Shown: positions 61,901 to 64,000 of the stretch, in pieces
How the letters are laid out: every line of letters begins with the position of its first letter
How positions within the stretch are numbered: the stretch's first letter is position 1
Assembly (NCBI GenBank): GCA_028870995.1
Contig: JAGWOI010000002.1
Span: 46,463 to 110,462 of the forward strand
DNA: 64,000 nucleotides
DNA from: Candidatus Omnitrophota bacterium
GTDB taxonomy: Bacteria > Omnitrophota > Gorgyraeia > Zapsychrales > Fredricksoniimonadaceae
Reading direction: 5' to 3'
Notes under the pieces: model-generated
The model's input: only the letters and a program-made list of their open reading frames with translations
Database searches by the model: none
Told to the model about the DNA's origin: nothing
Position numbers and translations under genes: made by a program

Positions 61901-64000
61901 CGACGGAGATTTATTTAAATCAACTTCAAGGTGTTGCTGAGCGCAACGGCATCGGCCTGGCCTTCCTGGCTGCAGACGGCGAAAACTATATCATTGCCAA
62001 TGGCCAGCGCGAGCAGGTAACTAAGGAAAAGCTCAACAGCCTGCTCAATGACGGCAGGTACCTCATTGTCCTGGCCCGCGGCCGCATCCGCGGGGAGACG
62101 GTTCTTTCCAAACGCGGGGATGTAGAGCTGGTCATCACCGACTCCAAGGGTACCTATACCGAGGTCAGCCAAAGCTTTGGCCGCAGCCGCGGCATTACGG
62201 ATGAAAACGGCGTTCTTACCCAAGAACCTGTTGAGAAACGCTTGATCGGCGTCCATATGCCTTTCAGCTTCCCGGCCGTCATGGGGCTGCTTATTGCCAA
62301 TGAAAAACAATTTGATAAGCAGGTGGCCGGCCAGGCCCGCAGCAACGAGATCACGGCATTTAATACGGCTTACTGGGAACGGTTCATCGAGGAGCATCCG
62401 TCGCTGCCGGAAGGCGTCAAGGCCTGGATCCGTCAGCGTTCCGGCGAAGTGAACCAGGATGTCTATAAATTGCGGCTTTTGAACATCGACGGTCAGCTGA
62501 CCCCGATGAGGGAGTTCTATGAAAGCTCATTGAAGCGGATGATCAAGGGCATGCAGACCATGGCCGAGGCCCTGATAGCCTTAAGCAATGTCCCTGACAG
62601 CGCCAAGGAGGATCTCAAGGCCCAAGTACTGCCCGTCGAAGTCGACTTTGAGCCTAACGAAGAGCTCGGTCCTCAGGCCGGGAGCCTTCTGGAAGCGGCA
62701 ACGCCGCAGGAATTTGTCGATACCTTTACCCGCATTACACCTGAGGACAGAGTCCCTGAGCAGTTTGCCGGCCCCATTCCCGACCAGTTGTTTGCTGTGA
62801 GGCAAGATGAAACGAATAATAATTTAACAGTCAGGACCATCCTCAACAGCTCCAAGCAGTATGGGGAAGAGATTTCAGCTGTTTATAATCAAGGCGATGA
62901 GCCCCAGGAATATTCTTACGAAGGCAACAAGATCGTCATTCAAGGCCAGGAGGTCTTTACGCCGGGCAATGCCAGGTTCTTTGCGTATGATCCGACCCTT
63001 AAAAACGGCTATGATGCCAGCAGCCCCAAGGCGGCCCTGTTGCCTGGCAAGAACGGCATGGTACGCGCCGATTTTGTCAGTCAGGACACCGTCGAGATGC
63101 CGGCTGAGCCGATGGACATTAACGGGACCAGCCTGCCCGTTGTTGAGGTGGTCAATATTAATAAAGAAGGCATCCCGCAGGTCATCGGCTGGAAGATCGC
63201 CCTGCCGGACGACCAGCAGGACCAGCAGATAACGGCCCTGGGCAGCGTGAATTTAGACCGTCCTTTAAATGACGGCGACTTGATCGTTAATTTGAGGCTC
63301 GAAAACGGCGAGACCCTGAGGGCGGTCCTTAACGGCGTCAATACCAGGGACATCAAGGCCCTCTTTGCCTATGATGCTGCCGCAGATGAGAGCAGCCAGT
63401 ATGAACCCATCCCTGTTTCTCAAGACGGCCTTATCGTGCGGCCGTTGGGCCAAATTACGGACAATACGAACGTTGTTGCTGCCTATACCCTCAAACGCCC
63501 CGCCACCGGAGAGATCGGTCCGGCTATCGTTACTATCAGGATCAACGGCACAAACGAGGCCCTTAAGACCAGGGAAGGCATGGTCCAAGCCGTAGCACAG
63601 CTGATGTTGCTTATCGGCCAGGGGGTTGAAGTCAGCCCGCGCGCTTCTGGTTTGAGATTCCAGGATACAACCAAGAATTTTATTGAGACAGCCCGCAGCT
63701 TTTATGAGGTAAGCACGCCTACCGAAGGATCCAGGCAAGCCTTTGCCCGTGCCGCCTTAGATTACGTCCGTACCCAGGTTCATATCATGAGGAGTTCCCT
63801 GGCAGGCCAGGATATGGTTGAAGCCATCCTGAAGAAATATGACCAGATGGTCCAGGAGCAAAAGCAGGAAGAGGCTGTGGCAGCAGGGTATCTTCCAACT
63901 AATTTCCAAACTGACAAGAAGAAAGCCAATGGGGCCGTTTCCTTTATAAAGAAGCTTCTGCCTAAAGGTCTGGCTGGCGCTGTGCTGTTTTTTATGGGGC
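37954..64000 (+). CDS. Giant multidomain protein (>8,600 aa, 3' end beyond window): C39 peptidase, hydrophobic helical region, TPR-like repeats, two SecA-like SF2 ATPases, HExxH metalloproteases, MTase-like module
   Basis: Last frame +1 stop upstream is TGA 37801-37803. The track has no frame +1 ORF afterwards, as expected for an ORF with no stop in the window, and all segments I translated were stop-free. Candidate starts: 37900, 37954, 37984, 38107. Confidence 0.92.
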   Translation, partial: MSQDLENTSDMPQEQKQNFPEAQENFADSVVLAPQTPAADATPFVSRFNQWMKVIAIVVLAAFVPNQASWAFGYNPSVLYRNLPVAPVQDEEGIVLPQPAMPGVQVADSMEYLLKQIQNKPKLRLELNLNAGSKAHTLEIDTKTTFTPDKITRISQWLKTPNLNVLNCGVYALKDILEANGIKRSLQEVSVMTLSVDIMADIIKVGEPKLKTTLFAINKTAQALGLKYQSLKVLPQDELNLPTPFIAHFKNEHFVTVQKAVGGEVYYTDLDYPHIVKAGDFLKNADGFVLAQPTEGITAKAVPESLQAFVWGDKWRDMSQNLPGIVSGAQLGIQIAILVLRIVLSFVPYVGTGIEFAMFAYEVSQLAQALATICVMKGACSQDEAFLLSTAITAAFTSGSVLGFAMSIGEAYMDKEIIEAINSAICPHPSQCSDTSLILESAADVAATSVANAAANAVASAVADAVSNAVSSGSGTDPNSGGPGPSNNGSPGSGPSQNPPANNAPASNPGLTGPAGSPVSSPTSPTPTTTPTPLWADLLGVGNNSSSPSVARPTNFFEDFGDRLEASFYQQLPQVVGDVAGMTARLIAYKAFGVKANDNVSQALGLAFNAVGQLAGEEIDHEISSTNPNNPYRNGISSQQLWGTVIKASIDLGMGFAADAAIGKYDDKKAKENAAYANNYAYQQAEFFGIVALTASAAMAGYMALTTDVPANSVTGKKPGFLDKFGLALFAPGELAASAVTTDINGKPVTVTQNIDSNTPSVLGSTAVNFGGMNYAVQSVAPGTPYSEVSGTAPGSGFTDVWQVDPQTGKSFLKVDGLGNYMNFMQVQGQMTGWTPERVAGDDMSWNEMKKNNKAVYNAPGHFDGLISYTPATPAASDSELHDQFLLGEFESRSIGMPGLAPDYIAGQFQEAANEGAFNAFSLGMYAIADRMAKEYTPTGVDHLQNGINVYSTGDAAGGTVVGGDYNAQTNTLTVAPMRDFLLSIGLPDFQFAATESGQLAIGQAHKDLNKGLYFEGETSGGEQVNQSLNGPEKTLERGTLQPSNSNIQMFSPAMFAGSLPAAGSNNEEPTTIKPDSNQEEPTAIKSDEGTNTLQGAPLNGSANKAEQNPAQNTNDQQKPWTVYLSPVQNNSTGAQQGVAVPTADVLEGKVNPSDPLSIANYIVHGGVVFMVNSPGSTSDAPFSIISGFASFNTPAGGRGTLAVVNGGLDYMPFNAFYGATGMTTKVISGNGAAGGSQQTTVSVPGAPIAPGAGGFGLLNNGSSEGQDINSPETQSPSTSTTQSAQGNNGQATSNVGQGIQALGEVASLFGLPGGSLISSIGAGINNVIAGEATQSASPNTTTKGILQTFGSGMAENGSPIIGGLVAALGNKIDQEGASNTGTSDKEVLAALETAKKSGGLIPPTDAQIKVALAKGFIQLDAEGNLPYVYRPWGSSQAGLAPQAGGLNNPYAASGPTFWGTVANDWAHPWANVDQIKALRTQYFPQGATDQQLVYVATSDDPQAVAARNKFVGAGLESFRLSNGTEVALKGAVLNFNPGDTGEYLAALPSTGNAYAFYGNYNFKTQGNLNGVSQIVPVLVSNEWQQGLGQPGTEGQGGLVAANVQQALYKMEGASAAKNQIVNATVPVNMLAGTQIPEPTPGLTVDYNSGNVLAAPGIVQEANSFGTMTTMNGKTSSPLALDSYAIAGNGKDLIVGNGQLPGKAFVGYPGLQNNDASVGEKTSYTTSANFSLAPTNSRAVGAGEGYFQFAIQGINWAKPDVAQKVGVQDINFTPGAMVERTNGAYEFPLLPGKTVTGKGVLQYILPTAHNSFGIKPLTGAPETFIKNTAFEAVVAPADKTIINGNIDANVKFGYGWNGTSNAWDVSAAQSQVDKNSVLTSGVDHRTALARLWSSQGAWGFVATPTDDSSTFIVHASGPAQALTVTPSLPSAVPANPPAQQPYQGIRLGDVYQIYGAVDLNPSADRILLGTGTQLPIVLMRNAKGDIEATSMLGAPGTTLHMPAGMQVGDVVVANTDHNPASNNEMAVAVGLDNKNMVTKTYTGEGMSFVNAAFQNMHASVKDIQNNSALETVTGQYKLGVTLNNNGQFFLNPKASDASKLNITDNAHTLKAAFGLDKNGAFYVTPVFGKDDVLYHSSGPAQALLPSGLPSDSSAPSSSITPYQGIKLGDNYQINLVKDENPSVEKILLGEGTQLPIVLMKNAKGDIEATSMLGAPGTTLQMPSGVQVGDLAIANKDLTVAVGLDSRDMVTRTYTGEGSSVENAQGGQIAWTLSNGHFQVDLLTPALQQALTQAKGEAADELKKNGKDLTWLNGQIASYEDQLSKLNQDVATQIGRSWINPKGWVDNSRSQRDALAQGLQRLYMMKFALTMSTSDLLDMQKDLGDKRYYTVPGAVIDDTLKLKAVNDILQTGTPQSQVIAAYLKVQQNNDRTVGELSYFADSQNKLAESGGDHLIPLGANQYEYPLLFKKGMDNQISDFKNGMGQKQDDLTALVNIYNSNKSSLTPEVQKMVESLIKNTGKLISDINTENTKGGENGDVNFAAILQTNGWRTFWNSRKFDYNYDPNYEPLSGTGRFIGTMWNGVKGGVSWVGTQIGITGINGTWDYLVNGENNYGNYWHASNETAAGIATGDIQTWSPWGTIKSGVTYVAGVPTWLVNRQTGKQVFELASQMPTGEYDPFADAYNKGGAWKIDYYAGHASEVVLETVTAARVMRLGALGSLTPAGTLAAPTGAFWGTLGFAEATGLGRMAWQDHKGEGPVSSEELSNNTLATVIAPVVLGKLTGAINSTYGAALANTATGRFINTVISPLTETAGADGQIIPMTAGTALKNVAISTGTVVGGGLVLANAGTMIGGNGPLTLKQDAKLAGALALVNTGRIGAGALANGLTGKLAGQGFLKGITAGLSQEIKSGLANAAFTNRALFGAANSLNYGVQLGSAAASWGMISNEWQNPQAGFGDMMSVGWKDFKPAFLTGTAVGAYSSLSSPTLGLGNKFSSQVVKFFSPSSRWSYLTWPTLAVGGEALLNGKNATAKDYIDVASMALGARYLAGGFAAGTAAGGSEKVTGFYKFGAYLTNPEIKGLTLANVGRYSALAATGAVANIAKDALVGEFEHATNISLGNNLDMYVKRNNEGRIVARSAVAAPGYNFESDSGIGGEHWDRQLEASAFRGAFWATMAGLAVKDAGNIAGNFENKFGLGKMEMADSSAQPASTMEGLFDKIAINPAERFGAHGAWGGLKWIPIGVQFPVYTGVYKSVIFGIENRYLPNGTLLNLEDKSVSPDEVQTNSGETATGLVRMFDRGSWSLTDKAKASLWNAFVTAPESGVTLNPMIAATTLAREPGGPASEWRIGLRDTLQNSGLSEPLGLAKVAAVVTGIDAAMDMTSTRHWVVANPKYPNEVYTVNENISTGFGPDTGNPFSERSIGSWAGLILAMKPSAVLSKSEYAMDLAVKQANGGEHGRAIETLDNAMESLPLEKQAPLQNLRYNIARNQDEQVFQAGKGRTAGVNEAELVKPLEQNAAEKQLNNYITQLRASGNNDLADQMEATKQNANSQTYYNRAISLAQQGYFKAADDYFNLADESLTKARTVDSQNGSKYYLPQMQIMQGRLESLRVQQQGLEKPSVELAGRIGKAADAIDQFVKQGLASQDAATRKVFQNISSSIEAGRIADRADMMIRSGSTIDAAGLYEKARALDPDNARYYFLRESQVREKQGGKENQAKAIDLLNKAADLTESGQWLKSNVRSYETFRAAQKEMELNPNDLQAAGRLDQARDKLVSELTKKVNAAPEGIRNGMDRFLVSVLREKAEAHLQRGEFNKYFDTRLEIFNRENEVGNASAAADFARSAAIKDTVDRLLSKYLKSAVETPVQAIETPQAAETAKTLRETISTVKDKKDISSARSLIKALDDYLGQNESQLKTTAGRELINRATDILTNMSQAMADSSGVKMEEAMNKAPENSIDKARAAESLARIAIWQEAIKTPTASGLKAGKSRVTGLIDQAKRMYEAAKDTNGIKRIQALRGMADEGFNNADQRLKTGLTGLRNEVRVIMERLAQQNAGRGGYLTVADIDPVLAKLNKAEDQGMTPAEIAFSKVALYAERARLGDVTQKATDLQEAGNELAKLKTANSSDEFKAQNAEHFDQDVKGLESLLEQVRQEPVQVKTFSANDSVVTRDAIMKERNKAEDGTAESAPMPYGENGRGSKVEYRDADGKLVGTRIESGNVIREEWTVPGLELGGGGAGFIGRAPDGKLLVTIIHNGEDAIRTHEMKEAMALKLQEAASNGRINPEAAGAEKLWKQLTVERSPGVRVFRSSHEYAEQYLAAPSPVERAGKTQGELETPESQGPPAVDLRSPGVFAANDKVLEPLPVNQPSTPSFERKEAPESFARLYENVYGPLTPEARREAMVRHNIERLISPEPLSEKEITERTKRDLVEKYFPATEEGKPFSGEEAFFNESMKSPAASLTKEDLEKLPLQEKVDELTKMALRRMRDNFVAQNPSENTPGMFKYREGQTALTRAAIEYIESYDPDKKGPFDLVTMSMNMGAGKSALAEALPVVEEMTGKKLAYVVEDAGLKKFIENGGIEGFYRPKSIDNGILDLSPKEGQKGVLVLSQGELKTIDLNLKSGKYTEIKTPRVLSDHVVIVDEIQKMVTDAALVFGKSDSFGKEWIAENERKNNGAYQHLKISKEFGKAFINILENTISERAVSAGSDRAAINEMVTLRTGENGQQIVNATKFKDDVRTTLSKKLEDLINSNPDYGKLNLDINKLLDAGAVWYEGLLHGRINITRAIDRQGFADAGLNGKEVFRNLVDNNLLEEVSEGSGTGILKEGINRKTFEDRLRELKNEDGSPVYNNDQIETILRAVDKGLKDGKIVISPRQFENLGELLHNRIFSDQSGFNAFSRVMMAYLEVKGIPVPGKDRNDSVPVNMDDLAIYAQHVLPHETQRSTGADALHLAGRVLGLSATLGDSQALLQSIGSRFWQIHPEAKLEDMNWRFQIESQLTTRQSMVREAVGHDFDNQKLLILNSVLVPKMIAETGEGTTGFINSIKNQIKEQIRTKLKAQGLTDDQANKQADQWVKDHDIKVIPESNLKNGFKDLAEEGIKKPTIVFTSMREGVSVEVKDVQAMHVDFSVRSLAEQLQSMGRLNVYKDNRPSSRTRGEYKLVINTADDPNLTSDQKAQFNKLAELLKSGNQRTKSRVYRAAEDYLVNAVMRDFSRNKSTSSIVQTLQDNGISGEKISEVVSQARKGLMLPLIEGRVNAGKISGDNTVFVPLSNGARMEVQLNENRNFNAYREVAIHAANNQPETSISEYAKIQQGQVYDKITNSVWTNAQWNLKPEMRGTPVAAVKELDVPIPESEMEDFSPDAPKTEPRMVLMGAPQHVVEGNYDVVKYDMPLLSNGEIIHVPVTFKHNPVSGQWELDKELEQNKHIVVPSLGKARVEEATNLLGQHYFRFFKPSSNGSEELIALGVEGHLLKLSQEAAKKEKQVFEIATKKQVFFGPKRGYEYVRGKNLYRVDFKMGDRQGMLIKEGMLVTNREPIHFDGITIQAGDQLFQSRNNNGDNVWEVRNSSGTPKALIVNDTAAPLVNGRRAVMARDSLRLVMEENPVDGKPLTVEVPTIHEYVRVMNPQTKQETWEPAAMVVDTDKLKESLGILKGDRIDPNSGVVTHGNGKIRGIYYKTFFYKPVVKEGKEIFEVSVGGDSALNKYRRNDMVGLGLINENYAGSTVDVKPKDFIDAVASVNRSLQRINALGELNRQVGEEDRSVVIKELTDEMEAMLERQPGVIVERITEGTGKDERTYLRIKATNEEGSRFFDMMSFFKGKITQLANEQIEKHIAPQLQEKAMDRIEESLKEHPMEMVFDPYMERKGTAGLADNKRLSLGTNAMLDILQLSPDAMEAGVPEHEVSHIVERLLATNGIPTVGGASRITNLLDIAKRTDRGIYVGDYSLGEVYTHWIEAAGKLANAQRALALGDKKTFTAFVNEAVKVLERGRNISLSVLDTYERALKVVDKAIATEKVLRETDKNAELKHIPGILQIQPNKESLLKGEKPEQALIIVQDEKTGRALARVTQQLPLKEYLSKEDQGLTPLEVTRKLIEDNINYMKFRAALTDVKAQIVAHFVQDNTAMNALKRIEQLRPDTENMQEMMSKLKEAAESGNETVRSAYALIADNSSETALRVLAEIFSTQTKAIPDGQDIKFMNPKTGRGAVFTKEGTLVRFVAQENFKPSEDRQIQDMRSQFDETINSSLRELSEAHTKAETTFDPMLQKISQAGEKKDTADIQMSLADLSDARQAAGKLLEIAKNQGGNAFVRLGSSDRFAGIVADPLLLAQMGVSTMVNYEGSNSREMTVKAGTVLPEKASEAISASFRGVNITVSKLVSAKNNAIEQRVELPQGDETLFNFFRNMKYIKKVGVKYEMVRQAAIQIQLQPQPGHEREFANTFFHEDIHGLIETDPEVRKQADEYLDSKSMEYGKNNTEAFNALKVFNAAYRALGYEASKNEVVEKEEFIPWVADLNTLIGSFGSLDKMSAGEIQRLPLPQDKIADLLLVKQGLLNPEYREYWNSVSDNINRLVSKSFAGHMQGGVTTGFEAEQNFKELARQAKENQSNQAMASPRSANEVMSLLGTPEGLSKQLAESKKFWRTAAGKAAVDAAIRLAKSYGVKANYDPSSGALVLTLPANRQRPMEISAVVFPVKKLDRAGYYEAAALGQRDVILVDSSVPDMLTAFKEEIQHFRDSFTDKDEILSEMKVKARLNEEPYAGAMQAIQTVERQFKTGAIRPQEADGRIKEILKPVEVALSREGYTSVSSKSYDTRKGLIERWQEEKNQAMTSDAAEQFQPIWNILKSVPDLQHKTILALGETEGSIPSTVGFLQSAGADHVTTVNRLDYLKEQPQGSVDVAFARFAFYPHEQFSATPDAQGLRPALIKRYEPLVKALKTGGMFINVYERQYEPYILNPAELQALHLQAAQKLIETTLKVGDKEYRVPAVMVVYMKEPANPAQMSMPQQNNWDALRSALANIGIHIGAPKALSMTPALNRPDWAMMKQEQEDRLQRLTDEYRQMSERQMDTSSNHVGSSTYAGAVDVKNVQTIAYDDQAMIVYWANKGDIFRLAAGLIPDGIFKFTPRHPPEDDDPDASVALEQWKVGRSAAGAALAKLDKAQLVPILVQALQARHDSKAFEVVFSFGQLWAEVKHASASDLQDIKTALSLVQAPAVRTMAAQERAKYEIPATAPPQEEISIAPAVQSYIEKFATQYPYDFAMLAKRGPGFRRDVLADSAHLIPILFRAQRLALINSLALRSGNQVGSSIATSSSTVSLVKFNLSDLVMFTYQLGHFKGEKARIVLEIFLNMAGFNLLKAMPQNDIAPDDDDRANLKQERDLIRGAFKTAGLTNAAMIVGYFRKYDVAADLKDKARRNDLTQLLEVALTTEQGQGDYTPPSDIVDQAQQMVDEIGAARNAAPVETNVQPGMPVMPPAVPLPVVRQSLDLAMAAGSDEVPRYAENTAANVRTDVNETPLSPTDERALLAAAPSGALSNAAMSSDNYLEKVLAASGGKSIRKGQQEAFRDLLQKNGRIEQALEKGGIWIGNVGVGAGKSSAGPVAIWAALQDTSKGAKLVVLQHSSALIKQNLQEVQAYAAGFDPNIKVAEIKVDPQGTNIKDALQKVNEGNILLINNKDAQTLIGLARNGNAEAKAALGVLVSQGALYDDEIVSAPDLNIGGKSNSKTSQDIIKGVQYAIEQLKAASNGSLEDVFASVKTRNEEEGSIRVSTSKTAEEVLLSEFPDMNTLEEIRGTQEGRNAEAYLQAVVEAIAMIKEDEVAISPDGKIMNQADAYGVVSQGVITSDPYLIAAEVLVKRMIDHQPVTQEILNNIEHQVEGERVRGDAIIREFGHAKRPVILLSGSVTPFIADEFRLLLGAQSLTPINGFDLGRLKTSEGQWIKEITPAADIEEAVADIEAVVQKPGTRSVIVPLAVREPGKTNSPTEIYLNQLQGVAERNGIGLAFLAADGENYIIANGQREQVTKEKLNSLLNDGRYLIVLARGRIRGETVLSKRGDVELVITDSKGTYTEVSQSFGRSRGITDENGVLTQEPVEKRLIGVHMPFSFPAVMGLLIANEKQFDKQVAGQARSNEITAFNTAYWERFIEEHPSLPEGVKAWIRQRSGEVNQDVYKLRLLNIDGQLTPMREFYESSLKRMIKGMQTMAEALIALSNVPDSAKEDLKAQVLPVEVDFEPNEELGPQAGSLLEAATPQEFVDTFTRITPEDRVPEQFAGPIPDQLFAVRQDETNNNLTVRTILNSSKQYGEEISAVYNQGDEPQEYSYEGNKIVIQGQEVFTPGNARFFAYDPTLKNGYDASSPKAALLPGKNGMVRADFVSQDTVEMPAEPMDINGTSLPVVEVVNINKEGIPQVIGWKIALPDDQQDQQITALGSVNLDRPLNDGDLIVNLRLENGETLRAVLNGVNTRDIKALFAYDAAADESSQYEPIPVSQDGLIVRPLGQITDNTNVVAAYTLKRPATGEIGPAIVTIRINGTNEALKTREGMVQAVAQLMLLIGQGVEVSPRASGLRFQDTTKNFIETARSFYEVSTPTEGSRQAFARAALDYVRTQVHIMRSSLAGQDMVEAILKKYDQMVQEQKQEEAVAAGYLPTNFQTDKKKANGAVSFIKKLLPKGLAGAVLFFMG
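43693..44724 (+). repeat. Internal duplication of an about 130-aa module in the giant gene
   Basis: 43693-44088 vs 44356-44724 (HxSGPAQAL...PYQGI.LGD.YQI...GTQLPIVLM.NAKGDIEATSMLGAPGTTL.MP...TYTGEG); 60 nt identical at 43893-43952 and 44553-44612. Confidence 0.92.

Noticed and set aside
37903-63738. Dozens of short ORFs (60-170 aa) on the minus strand and frames +2/+3
   Set aside because: They are shadows of the giant frame +1 ORF, and I recognised no protein motifs in them.

Overview
Replication-origin region of a bacterial chromosome, inferred to be Candidatus Omnitrophota (OP3) or a relative from the gene content; the taxonomy is not proven. 1-5 kb (minus strand): yicC (partial), ndk, parB, parA, a parS site, a stand-alone Jag_N gene, yidC, yidD and rpmH, with no rnpA. 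5-13 kb (plus strand): dnaA, oriC, dnaN, dciA, gyrB, gyrA, tRNA-Glu. These are followed by GST, a Nit1-like amidase and mdh. 15.9-37.6 kb: an expanded Tad/Flp pilus locus with a PPIase lipoprotein, CpaB, a secretin-TonB_C fusion, a TadZ-TadA fusion, two HTH genes, 12 prepilin-like genes (one missed by the ORF track), Cys-rich adhesin-like proteins, TadB and TadC. The main result is absent from the ORF track. Frame +1 appears open from 37804 to the window end, giving one giant protein of more than 8,600 aa. It carries a signal-like N-terminus, a C39 peptidase triad, an internal duplication, a long hydrophobic helical region, TPR-like repeats, two SecA-like SF2 ATPase domains, HExxH metalloprotease motifs, a methyltransferase-like module and recurrent [D/N]xAM motifs. 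A Tad-associated giant multi-module delivery or predation system is the working hypothesis.
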